A program made the position numbers and the translations under genes. Under the pieces are notes generated by a model that had not been told where the DNA came from, ran no database searches, and saw only the letters and a program-made list of their open reading frames with translations. Below are positions 1-8,986 of a DNA stretch of 64,000 bases, in pieces. Location: contig CAWCRS010000001.1 of NCBI GenBank assembly GCA_963798085.1, positions 224,001 through 288,000 on the forward strand, written 5' to 3'. Source of the stretch: an uncultured Gemmatimonadales bacterium (lineage in GTDB: Bacteria > Gemmatimonadota > Gemmatimonadetes > Longimicrobiales > RSA9). Each line of letters begins with the position of its first letter. Positions within the stretch are counted from its first letter, which is position 1.

Positions 1-2
1 AG

Positions 3-476
3 AAGGAACGGCGCCACGCAGAGACCAAGGCGCTGCACCAGCAATGGGAGGACTTCAAGCACCTCGGCTATTCCAAGGACCGTGGGGACTCGCCCCTGCT
101 GGTCTGCGAGCCGCACGACTACGACGCCGCTGTTGCCATCATCGGTCCTGAGGGTGGCGAGCTGACGCTGGGCGGGCAGAAGCTCATCGTCCCGGCGGGC
201 GCCCTCTCCGCGTACACGGTCATCACCATGGAGATGCCGGCCTCGCTGCATCTCGAGGTGGAGTTCTCGCCCCACGGCACATTCTTCGACAAGAGCCTGC
301 AGCTACAGCTTGACTACAAGAACTGCTTCGTGCCGAAAGGCGAACGGCCCGCCATTGTCTACGTCGATGACAACGACAACATCCTCGAGTGGCCATTGTC
401 GATCGACCTCAAGCATCTGGGCATCGTCTTCGGCTGGATCGACCACTTCTCGAAGTACGCCATGGCATCGAACTGA
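3..476 (+). CDS. 5'-truncated ZU5-like domain protein
   Basis: The frame is open from base 3 to TGA at 476. Translation contains IGPEGGELTLGGQKLIVPAGAL...EFSPHGTFF...L.LDY...IDHFSKYA, a ZU5-like pattern with a terminal HFS motif. Confidence 0.7.
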   Translation, partial: KERRHAETKALHQQWEDFKHLGYSKDRGDSPLLVCEPHDYDAAVAIIGPEGGELTLGGQKLIVPAGALSAYTVITMEMPASLHLEVEFSPHGTFFDKSLQLQLDYKNCFVPKGERPAIVYVDDNDNILEWPLSIDLKHLGIVFGWIDHFSKYAMASN

Positions 477-759
477 GCAGCCGGGCACGGCGCCGCCCGG
501 CAGGCGGAGAGCCAAACGGCCAAAGACGGTACCACCAACGGGCCCTGTGCCGGCGACGACGCAGGGCCTGATCGCATGATGGGCCGCCGCGTGGCACTGC
601 TCCGAATCCAGGTCGTCCTGCGCCCGGGCAGGCCGGTCCGTCGAACCAGCCTTGTTTCTTTCCGCCACCCGGCCCGAGCGCCCACCGGGCGCACGGTAAG
701 CAACCGTCAGCCATTCCCGGCGAGCCCTCGTCACCCCCCGCAACGCTTCTCAGGACAAC

Positions 760-2577
760 CTAGATCCCAGCCCGCTCCCTCGCCTTGACGATCACGGCCG
801 CCATCACGTCCTGATGCGACCCGAACGTGTCGTCCACGATGTTCAGCGTCGGGATCTGCACGTCGGTCAGCGAGAGCGTGTCGTTGCGGAACGTGCTGAA
901 GCCGGACTCGTGCACGCCCGAACTGCCGCGTCCGGGCGCGGGATGGCTCAGGTGCTGGAAGAAGCGTGCGTACTGCAGGATCACGGGCGCGGAGAGGCCG
1001 CCGCCGAAGGAGTGGTACATTGGGATGAAGGAGAGCATCGCGTCGTAGTGCATCTCACCTACCGCGACCACGTGCGGGTAGCGCGCGCGCAGGTCTGCGA
1101 CGAGCCGGCGCGTGCCCTCGTGCATGTCGGCCTGCGGGTTGTTCACGAAGCCACCCACGATGTCGAGGAAATACGCGTCCGGCCCATAGTGCTCGATGAT
1201 GTCGGCAATGCGGCTGCTCAGGTGGTTGCGCCAGGAATCGACGCCCAGGTTCATGTACGACAGGAAGCCTTCCTGATGGCGATCGTTGTCCCAGTCCACC
1301 CAGTTCAGGTCGAAGCGATCGCCATCGACTTTCTCGGTGAACGCGTCCGCCATGCGCGCAAACTCGGGCTGCTTGCGGTTGGCCGCATTGGCGCCGAACA
1401 TGGGCATCATGTGGAAGCCGAGTCGTCGCCCTTCCTGCACCAGCGTGCGGAAGCCCGCGGCGCCGCCCATGCGCGGTGAGGGCTGGTACAGCGGATAGTC
1501 CCAGTAGTAGCGCCCGTCCCACGCGGCGAGGAACGCCAGCACGCGGCCCGCGGGAATCCGTGTGGCGATCCAGCGCAGAATCTCGAGCTGGCGCGCATAA
1601 TCGTTGAAGATGAAACCCGTGTAGTGCTGGCCGTGCAGGGTGACGGCCAGGGCAATGCCGCGCATCCAGTCGGGCACATCGGCGCGCGTCTCCCAGCGCG
1701 GAATATTGAACGCGTGCTCGACGCGGTCGTAATGCGCACGGATCACGGCTTCAGGCGACGACCCTCTTCCCACTCTCCACGTCGGAACCGTCACGCTCGT
1801 CTGCCGCATCCAGCCTTCCGTCTCGAACATGGCCTCGACGCGGTAGGCCTGCTCGCCCGGCTGCAGGAAGAAGCGTTTCGTGCGCACGCGGTCATCGAGC
1901 GAGGACACGTAGAACAGCCTGTTATCGGCAGGCAGGATCATGAGCAGCGGCGTGTTCATGCCGCGCGATTCTCCCGGCCCGAACAGGTCGCCACCCGAGA
2001 ACGGGTAGCCGTACAGCAGCTCGTCCTCACGCGTGTCGGCGAAGCCGCCGCCCGTCGAGATGCGGCCGCGTGGGACGTTGCGGATCACGGTGGTGACCGC
2101 CTTGATGGGCCGGTCCATCGTGACCGTGGCACTGGAGTCAATGAAATCGCCGTTGCGCCGGAGTGTCGCGTGCACGCGGCCGGCTGTCTTTTCCTGCCCG
2201 CCGGCCCAGACCAGTCCCGTGCAGTCGATGTCCACGCCGTCCGGCGTCACCTTCGCGCTCAGCTTCTCGCGGTCCAGTGCGTACGCGTTCTCGTGGGTGA
2301 ACACGAGGAACCCGAAGGCCAGGTCCTGGCAGGTCACGCACGGCTCGGGGAAATCGAAGCTGAACTTGTCGAACGAGCGGCCGCGCGGCGGCACCCACAC
2401 CTCGCTCGTCGAGCTGAGCGGCAGGATTTCGCCATCCGCGACCACCGGCGTCCGCGGTGGCGGCGCGTCGGGCGGGAGCGGCGTGGGTTTCTCCGCGAAC
2501 AGCCCCATTTCGGGGGCCGCGAGTGAGGCGCCGGCGACGGCGCCCATGGACTGCAGCCAGTTTCGACGGGAGATCAT
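760..2577 (-). CDS. Tat-exported putative glycoside hydrolase-like (TIM-barrel) protein
   Basis: 605 aa. Twin-arginine signal (MISRRNWLQ). C-terminal half has WDG..Y, MGG..GF..L...G and DAYFLD segments typical of GH-like barrels. Family not assignable by eye. Confidence 0.65.
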   Translation of the reverse strand: MISRRNWLQSMGAVAGASLAAPEMGLFAEKPTPLPPDAPPPRTPVVADGEILPLSSTSEVWVPPRGRSFDKFSFDFPEPCVTCQDLAFGFLVFTHENAYALDREKLSAKVTPDGVDIDCTGLVWAGGQEKTAGRVHATLRRNGDFIDSSATVTMDRPIKAVTTVIRNVPRGRISTGGGFADTREDELLYGYPFSGGDLFGPGESRGMNTPLLMILPADNRLFYVSSLDDRVRTKRFFLQPGEQAYRVEAMFETEGWMRQTSVTVPTWRVGRGSSPEAVIRAHYDRVEHAFNIPRWETRADVPDWMRGIALAVTLHGQHYTGFIFNDYARQLEILRWIATRIPAGRVLAFLAAWDGRYYWDYPLYQPSPRMGGAAGFRTLVQEGRRLGFHMMPMFGANAANRKQPEFARMADAFTEKVDGDRFDLNWVDWDNDRHQEGFLSYMNLGVDSWRNHLSSRIADIIEHYGPDAYFLDIVGGFVNNPQADMHEGTRRLVADLRARYPHVVAVGEMHYDAMLSFIPMYHSFGGGLSAPVILQYARFFQHLSHPAPGRGSSGVHESGFSTFRNDTLSLTDVQIPTLNIVDDTFGSHQDVMAAVIVKARERAGI

Positions 2578-2648
2578 GTGCGAGCCTTCGTTGCGGTGCC
2601 GCAGGCTAGGTCGGGCCTGATGGCAGTGTCAAGGTGGGACGGCTTTGG

Positions 2649-2679
2649 GGCTGGTTGCTCGAGCTGGTTGCTGGGGAAC
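2649..2679 (+). repeat. Copy of dispersed intergenic repeat (ggctggttgctcgagctggttgctggggaac)
   Basis: 28/31 identical to 7221-7251 by manual alignment. tggggctggttgctcg also occurs in the reverse complement of 47601-47638. Confidence 0.6.
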
Positions 2680-2723
2680 ACATGAACGAACTGCCATTCG
2701 GATCGACCAGCGTTGATGACACC

Positions 2724-2757
2724 GCGGGCCGGGAGGCGTCGAGGCTTCCCGGCCCGC
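2724..2757. terminator. GC-rich stem-loop, possible terminator
   Basis: gcgggccggga / tcccggcccgc 11-bp stem just downstream of the minus-strand gene ending at 2811. No strong U-tract. Confidence 0.45.
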
Positions 2758-2810
2758 TGCTGTTCTCGCCTTGCGTTGCGCGTCGCCAGTCGTGTGCGGC
2801 GGGCCGCTGC

Positions 2811-4304
2811 CTACTGGCGGTTCAGTGTGGTGCGGCCACTGGCTTCGCTGCCATCCAGGAAGTAGACGGTGAAGTCGAGGATCACCTGTGTCTGCGTGAT
2901 CGTGCCTTCCGCTTCCCAGCACTCGATGCCGTTGCCGATGTTCTTGCCCGACATCGAGATCTTGCCGTCGCCATCGATCGCGAAGGTCACGTCACCGTAC
3001 ACCTGCACGGAGGCAGTCGCCTGGATGCCGGTATCATCGTACGTGGTCAGCTTCGACTGCTGCGGCGCACCGCCCGGGTGGCCCAATGCGTTGCCCGTCG
3101 ACGAGAATGTCAGCGTCACGGTCTTCGCGACACTGTCGACCGCAATGGTGAGCGCGCTGGTGCCCGTCGATCCGAACGTGCTGTTGACCCATGAGCCGTT
3201 CCACTGGCCCACCCATTTGGTCGCATTGAAGAGCGCGGCGGCATTGGCCGTGAACACGACCGGGTTGCCGGTGATGCCGTTGCCGGTCCCCGTCGCCGCC
3301 AGCTGATTGACGCCCGTGCTGCCCAGCGTCCAGCCGCCCACTGCGGCGGTGCCATCGGCCGCCGTCGATTGCGAGCCGCCTGTGACACTGCCACCGCCGG
3401 CGGTAACAGCGAATTGCACGGGCACACTGGCAGTCGCGTTGCCATACTGGTCCTTCAGCTGAACCTTCGGTTTCACGGTCACGGCGCGGCCGGCAATGCC
3501 GTTCTGGTTGTTGCCTTCGACGGCCGCAATGTTCGTGGGCGGCCCCGCGTTCGCCGTCGCCGTGAACGTGGCCGGATTGCCTGTGATACCGCTGCCACCC
3601 ACACTGGCTTGCAGGCTGTTAGGACCGGCCGCCTGGCCCAGGATCCAGGCCGCCACAGCGGCCAGCCCATCGGAGTTGCTGACCGGCGCTGCCGTGGTGA
3701 TGGTGCCGCCGCCACTGGCAATCGAGAAGGTGACGGTCACACCCGCGACGCCGTTGCCGAAGGCGTCCGTGGCCTTCACGCGCGGCGGCGTAGCGACGGC
3801 CATGCCCACGGTGCCGGTCTGCGCATCGCCGGCATTCTTCGCGAGCGCGGCCACGGGACCCGCACCCGCGCTCGCGGTGAACGTGACGGTGCTGCCGGTA
3901 CCCGTCTGGCCTTGCAGTGTAACCTTGAGTTCCTGACTGGCGCCCGCCTGCTGGCCGAGTGTCCATGTCGCGGCGGCAAAGCCGTTGTCATTGGTCGTGG
4001 CACTGGCGGGTGTGACGCTGCCGCCGCCTGACGTCACCTCGAAGGTCACGGTGGCACCGGTGATCGCCTTGCCGCCATCGCCTGTGACCTTGACCCGCGG
4101 CTGGACCTGCAGCACCTGGCCCACAGTGCCGCTCTGGTTATCGCCGCTGTCCTTGGTGAGCGTGCGCACTTCCGGAGCGCTCTCGCTCTTGCAGCCGGCA
4201 AGTCCCGCCAGCAGGACGGCGGCCGCGGCGGCGACCCGCAACCCGCCAGTACGATTCGCCCTGCGCGCAACAATGATTTCGCGACTGCGCACCCCGTGCA
4301 TCAT
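2811..4304 (-). CDS. Lipoprotein with three bacterial Ig-like (Big_1-type) repeats
   Basis: Lipobox LAGC. Three repeats of G(D/N)(N/A)Q.G.(V/A)G.....P.V...D..GN......VTF....GGG. Start placed at ATG 4304 directly after the MMPL stop. Confidence 0.8.
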   Translation of the reverse strand: MMHGVRSREIIVARRANRTGGLRVAAAAAVLLAGLAGCKSESAPEVRTLTKDSGDNQSGTVGQVLQVQPRVKVTGDGGKAITGATVTFEVTSGGGSVTPASATTNDNGFAAATWTLGQQAGASQELKVTLQGQTGTGSTVTFTASAGAGPVAALAKNAGDAQTGTVGMAVATPPRVKATDAFGNGVAGVTVTFSIASGGGTITTAAPVSNSDGLAAVAAWILGQAAGPNSLQASVGGSGITGNPATFTATANAGPPTNIAAVEGNNQNGIAGRAVTVKPKVQLKDQYGNATASVPVQFAVTAGGGSVTGGSQSTAADGTAAVGGWTLGSTGVNQLAATGTGNGITGNPVVFTANAAALFNATKWVGQWNGSWVNSTFGSTGTSALTIAVDSVAKTVTLTFSSTGNALGHPGGAPQQSKLTTYDDTGIQATASVQVYGDVTFAIDGDGKISMSGKNIGNGIECWEAEGTITQTQVILDFTVYFLDGSEASGRTTLNRQ

Positions 4305-4308
4305 GCCA

Positions 4309-6537
4309 TCATCCCTGCGGGCCCTGCCTGCCGCCCGCTGCAGAATTCGTGCGTTTCGGCACCGGCTCGCCGGGCCACCAGTTCCAGCGCCACGCAAGGC
4401 GCAGCAGCGCAGGCGCGACCAGTAGTCGCACCAGCGTCGCATCCAGCGCAATGGCCGCTGCCAGCGCAAAGCCGACCAGCTTCACGGAAACGAAGCCGCT
4501 GGCAACAAAGGCCAGGAACACGCCGGTCATGATGGCTGCGGCTCGGGTGATGACGGCCGCGCTGCGCGCCAGCCCATCGACGATCGCGTCCGCACCCGTC
4601 TCGCCACACCGTCTCGCCTCCGCGACGCGCGCCAGCAGGAACACCTCGTAGTCCATACCTACGCCGAAAATCGCGCAGAAAGCGATCATCGGCACGCTCG
4701 GCAGAATGCCCGCGAGAGGCGCAGCAAGACCCAGCCACTGTATACCGACGCCATGCTGGAACACCAGTGTTGTGAGGCCCAGCGCGGCCCCGACGGACAG
4801 CAGATTCAGCAGCACGGCCTTGAGCGCGAGCAGCAGCGAACGCAGTGTGAGGAAGAGTACTGCGAAGGTCAGGCACAGGGCGAGCGTGACCACGCCGGCG
4901 GCGTGCGTCTTCAGCGCATCGGCATAATCGACGCTGTACGCGGCGGCGCCGCCTGCCAGCACGTGTGCGCCGGGCACGCCCGCAGTGGATGCCGCGTCGC
5001 GTCGCAGCGCGTGCACGAGTGCGGCCAGTTGTGCCGCGGACTGTCCGGCGGCGGGCGCCACTTCCAGCAGTGCTGCATGGCCATCGCGACTCACCAGGCT
5101 GCGCAGCACGGGCTCGGGAAAGACGCGGCGCACCGCATCGGGACCCACACCGCCTGCGGCCGTGTGCACACTGCGCACGGCACCGATGCGCGCATCCGCG
5201 AGCAATGCCTGCTCCACGTGAGCCAGCGCGGCAAACCCTTCCGGCGTGAGAACGCTGGCGTTGTCAGGCAGCTCCAGCACGAGGCGCAGGCCCAGCGCCG
5301 CCTCCAGCCGACCCATGCTGCACAATTCTCGCAGCGCCTGTACCGACTCCATCGATGGTGGCAGCGTTTCCGGTCCTTCCACGCTCGCGCGCATGCGCAG
5401 CGCGGATGCGGCCAGCAGCAGCATGGGCAGTCCGCCTGCCAGCAGCGCCCTGACAGGGTGTTCGACAACGCCCCGGCCCCAGGCTCGCCAGCCTGCTCCA
5501 GCCGCTGGCGCAGCAGCGCGGCGCGCGGCGAAGCGGGCCAGGACCGGACCGAGCGTCGTCGCCACGACCACAGCGGCAAGCACCGCGCACACACCGGCCA
5601 GTCCTGCGGAGCGCAGCTCGGACACGGGCGCCAGTGCCAGCGGCGCAATGCCGGCTGCCGCAGCGGCGCCGGCCGTCAGGACGGTGCGCGTGGCTGCGCG
5701 CATTGCCATCGTCTGTGGTAACGGATGGAAGGCGACGCTGCCCTTGGCGTCCGCGGCAGGAGTGGAAACGCCTCTGCCGTCTGCCTGCGTTTCGCGTGCG
5801 CGGCGCAGGATCAGCAGCGCGTAGTCGATGCCCAGCGCCAGTCCCAGCAGTGACACGACACTGGGCGCGAGCACGGTGAGTGGTGTGAAGTGGGCGACGA
5901 GCGCAGCGCCGCCCAGTGCCAGCAGCACCGTGAGCGCACCAGCAGCCACGCCCGCGAGCGCGCCGGCAATGCCGCCGAACGCCCAGACGGCGAGCACGAG
6001 CGAGACCGGCAGTGCGCGCAGCTCGCTCCTGTGCGCTTCCGACGCACCCGCCGAACGCAGATCCACCTCGAGTGCAGCCATGCCGGTCCACTGCAACGCG
6101 CGCACACCCGGTGGCTGCATTGCGGCCGTCAGCGAACGCAGCCTGGCAACGGTGGCGGCCGCAGGCGAGTCCGCGTCAATGCCGACAACGGCGATCGCGC
6201 CGCGGCCACCACGGCCGATCAACAGCGTGTCCAGCGCATTGGCGGGAGACAGGATGCGTGTGACGAAGGACAGCGCCGCAACGCGCGTGGTGATGGCGCG
6301 TACAATGGCGCGGCCGCTGTCGCTGTCCGCGTCCTCGAGTCCTTCCATGACGAGCACGGCATTGTGCGCGAAAGGCGAAGCGAAGCGCTCGACCAGCATG
6401 CGATCCACGCGCACCGATTCCGCGGCATCCAGCCGGCTCGTGGTCTCCAAATGCCGGCCGAGTCGCGCGGCTGGCAGCACGGACAGCGCGGCCAGGCTCA
6501 GCACCAGTGACACGCCGAGCACCCGCCCGCGCGTCAT
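4309..6537 (-). CDS. MMPL-family (RND superfamily) transporter
   Basis: 742 aa with two TM bundles carrying LGLALGIDYALL and FGVGMDYEVFLLARV..., plus C-terminal LDATLVR...P...WNWW. Confidence 0.9.
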   Translation of the reverse strand: MTRGRVLGVSLVLSLAALSVLPAARLGRHLETTSRLDAAESVRVDRMLVERFASPFAHNAVLVMEGLEDADSDSGRAIVRAITTRVAALSFVTRILSPANALDTLLIGRGGRGAIAVVGIDADSPAAATVARLRSLTAAMQPPGVRALQWTGMAALEVDLRSAGASEAHRSELRALPVSLVLAVWAFGGIAGALAGVAAGALTVLLALGGAALVAHFTPLTVLAPSVVSLLGLALGIDYALLILRRARETQADGRGVSTPAADAKGSVAFHPLPQTMAMRAATRTVLTAGAAAAAGIAPLALAPVSELRSAGLAGVCAVLAAVVVATTLGPVLARFAARRAAAPAAGAGWRAWGRGVVEHPVRALLAGGLPMLLLAASALRMRASVEGPETLPPSMESVQALRELCSMGRLEAALGLRLVLELPDNASVLTPEGFAALAHVEQALLADARIGAVRSVHTAAGGVGPDAVRRVFPEPVLRSLVSRDGHAALLEVAPAAGQSAAQLAALVHALRRDAASTAGVPGAHVLAGGAAAYSVDYADALKTHAAGVVTLALCLTFAVLFLTLRSLLLALKAVLLNLLSVGAALGLTTLVFQHGVGIQWLGLAAPLAGILPSVPMIAFCAIFGVGMDYEVFLLARVAEARRCGETGADAIVDGLARSAAVITRAAAIMTGVFLAFVASGFVSVKLVGFALAAAIALDATLVRLLVAPALLRLAWRWNWWPGEPVPKRTNSAAGGRQGPQG

Positions 6538-7079
6538 TCCCTGATCTGACGCTGCTTCGCCCGCCGGCGCTGGCGCACCACCGTGATGGCCATGTCCTCA
6601 ATGTGCCGGGTATCGCCGCGCAGCGCCGGCCGCTGCGCGCGCTCATGCTCGATCACGAGAATGCGACTGAACGGCACTTCGATCCAGCGTGCCATGACGC
6701 GGTCCAGCTTGCGCGAGCCGTAGGGCGGATCCGCAAAGGCAATGTCGTACTGGCCTTCCGGCAGCCGCTCCACGAACGGGATCGCATCCTGCTTGAAGAT
6801 GCGGGACCGCGGCCGTGCGCCCAGCTTCGTCACGTTCGCTTTCAGCGAGTGCAGCGCGGACGGGTGATTCTCCACGAAATCGCAGGTTAGTGCGCCGCGT
6901 GACAGCGCCTCCAGACCCAGCGCCCCCGTGCCCGCGAACAGATCCAGAAGGCTGCTGCCCGCCAGTTCGTCATCCAGCATTTCCATGCACAGTGTGCGCA
7001 CTGCCTCGGCAGTCGGGCGGACTCGCCCGGCCGGCGAGACCAGCGACTGGCCGGCCCAGCTACCGGCTACGATGCGCAT
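6534..7079 (-). CDS. rsmD: 16S rRNA (guanine(966)-N2)-methyltransferase
   Basis: MRIVAG..., VRPT...VR, LDLFAGTGALGLEALSRGA, FADPPY. Start at ATG 7079. Confidence 0.9.
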   Translation of the reverse strand: MRIVAGSWAGQSLVSPAGRVRPTAEAVRTLCMEMLDDELAGSSLLDLFAGTGALGLEALSRGALTCDFVENHPSALHSLKANVTKLGARPRSRIFKQDAIPFVERLPEGQYDIAFADPPYGSRKLDRVMARWIEVPFSRILVIEHERAQRPALRGDTRHIEDMAITVVRQRRRAKQRQIRE

Positions 7080-7126
7080 GATCGGGGATACGGAACGGGC
7101 TGGGGCTCGGGCGGGGGCTGGGGCTC

Positions 7127-7253
7127 GGGAACGGCGAGAACGGAGTGTGCTGCATTGCTCGGGCTCGTTGCTGGCGCCGTTGCCGGGGAACGGCGTGAAC
7201 GGAGTGTGCTGCGTTGCCCGGGCTCGTTGCTGGCGCTGGTTGCTGGGGAACGG
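7127..7253 (+). repeat. Intergenic tandem repeat, 59/60-bp unit x2 plus partial
   Basis: Units 7127-7185 and 7186-7245 (gggaacggcg(a/t)gaacggagtgtgctgc(a/g)ttgc(t/c)cgggctcgttgctggcgc...). A third gggaacgg begins at 7246. Confidence 0.85.
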
Positions 7254-7307
7254 AAGCAGACGGATCGCCAACGCCAGTGATTCTGTGGACGGGCGCGGTG
7301 GGCGTTG

Positions 7308-8795
7308 TCAGGCGGCGTCGATCCCAGCCCGTGCCCCGGCCCCAGCCGCCTTCAGTGCCCCCTGCATCTGTGACACCAGCCAGTCGGCTTCCTGCCGGTT
7401 GGAGACGCCAGTGCCCGCACGTACGCGGCGGCCGTTCGTGCGCAGCAGCACGATGTCGTACCAGGCGCGCGCGGATTGTGCGACAGTCTGCTGCTGCTGC
7501 ATGCCGATCACGAGGCCAATGTCCTTCACGTCGTCTGCCACGATCTGCTCGGTGCGTGTCGTGCCCAGCAGCCGGCGGCGGATCGTGATGCCAGCGCGCG
7601 TAACTTCGACTGTCGTCGAGCCGAACCATGCGCTGAGACTAACATACAGGAACAGAAAACCGAAGAAGCCGGATGGATACGCGAACAGTTTCGGCACGCC
7701 CAGCAGTGGCAGGCCGAAAGCCGCGGCCAGGAAGATCGCGGTCATGACGGTGAAGGACGAGGCCGCGCCGACATTGCGGGCCGGCCCGAAACAGAACTCC
7801 GTGCCGCCGCTCTCGCCGACGCCGACGCGAACGCTGGCGTCAGCGGGATCGAAGGCGGAGGCGTCGTCGTCGCCGACCATCCGATGCGCCGACGTGACGG
7901 CACGTCCGCCCACCGCCTGCGCGTGGGTGGTGCCCCCATTGCGCGGCACGCCGCGGAACACCGGCACCTCGAAGCGGCTCTGGTAATCCACACCCGGCAC
8001 CAATGCCTCGGCCTGCAGCCGCCAGTGCACGGAAGAACCCGTCGCGTCCGGCTCGCTGCTCGGCGCATCCGGCGGGATCGCGAAATTCACCGGAATGACC
8101 GCGCCCATCGTCTCGCGGCGCAGGTCATCTCCGTGCACGCGCTGCTCGTTCTGCCACAGCACGTTCTCGGTGGCGCTGTCGTCGTTGGTGCGGTTGTAGC
8201 GGCGCACGCACGTCAGCGTGAGCCGCACGCTCTCGGGCGGCGGGTCGAGTCGCGTGATGATGCTGCCGCGCAGCTCGCCGCCTGCCGGGGCCGGCAGCGT
8301 CTCCAGCTCGAATACCGAGTTACCGAAGCGGCGCCAGCGCAGGGTGGCGCGGATCGCCCACACGATCATGCCCGCGCCCACGAGCGGGAACACCAGCCCG
8401 ATGACGGCAGGCTTGTTGCCCTTGCGCAGCTCGTCGGGCAGCAGGAAGAGGATGGGGGACGAGACCGAGTTCCACAGGATGGCCAGGGCCCACGCGCCGG
8501 CCGTGGTGGCGCGCTCGGTGCTGCGGATGCGACGCTCGGCCCATCCGGGATCCCAGAACCACGGCTCGCGCGGATGCTCCGCCTTGAGCTGCGTCAACTG
8601 CTTTTCCCGCTTGCGGCCGAACCGGGCCAGCACGAGCAGGCCGCCGCCCGCCGTCGTGAACGCGACGCCCACCGCGAACGCCAGGGCCACGCGCTGCGGA
8701 TCGCGACCGTGCGCGAGTTCGTGCACGGCCCGCTCCAGCGACAAAAGGCCGAGGCCCAGAAACGGCAGCGCGAACAGCGTGAGGCAGCCCATCAC
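7308..8795 (-). CDS. Multi-pass membrane hypothetical protein
   Basis: 495 aa with about 6 hydrophobic helices (LFALPF..G, ILWNSVS, LVFPLVGAG) and a central beta-rich soluble domain. Confidence 0.75.
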   Translation of the reverse strand: MMGCLTLFALPFLGLGLLSLERAVHELAHGRDPQRVALAFAVGVAFTTAGGGLLVLARFGRKREKQLTQLKAEHPREPWFWDPGWAERRIRSTERATTAGAWALAILWNSVSSPILFLLPDELRKGNKPAVIGLVFPLVGAGMIVWAIRATLRWRRFGNSVFELETLPAPAGGELRGSIITRLDPPPESVRLTLTCVRRYNRTNDDSATENVLWQNEQRVHGDDLRRETMGAVIPVNFAIPPDAPSSEPDATGSSVHWRLQAEALVPGVDYQSRFEVPVFRGVPRNGGTTHAQAVGGRAVTSAHRMVGDDDASAFDPADASVRVGVGESGGTEFCFGPARNVGAASSFTVMTAIFLAAAFGLPLLGVPKLFAYPSGFFGFLFLYVSLSAWFGSTTVEVTRAGITIRRRLLGTTRTEQIVADDVKDIGLVIGMQQQQTVAQSARAWYDIVLLRTNGRRVRAGTGVSNRQEADWLVSQMQGALKAAGAGARAGIDAA

Positions 8796-8986
8796 TCTAA
8801 CGGGTTGTTAAGGAACGGGGACGGTCGGGAGCGGGCCCGCTCGAGGTCGTGCCCTGCCCTTTCCGTCCCCGTGCACTCCTGCGTACAGCTCCCGTCGAGT
8901 GCTTCGGCACCTTCGCGGCGGTTCTTGAGCCCCGCCGCGCGGCCGGCCACCTGCGATCCGCCGGCCGCTGTCCTGCCTTCCTGTCT

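Noticed and set aside
625..676. tRNA-like fragment on the minus strand (ggccgggtggcggaa...ggttcgac...ccggcc)
   Set aside because: The T-stem cannot pair, there is no anticodon arm, and it is too short. Probably chance.
7127..7253. Possible mini-CRISPR array
   Set aside because: Units repeat in full with no unique spacers, and there are no cas genes in the window.
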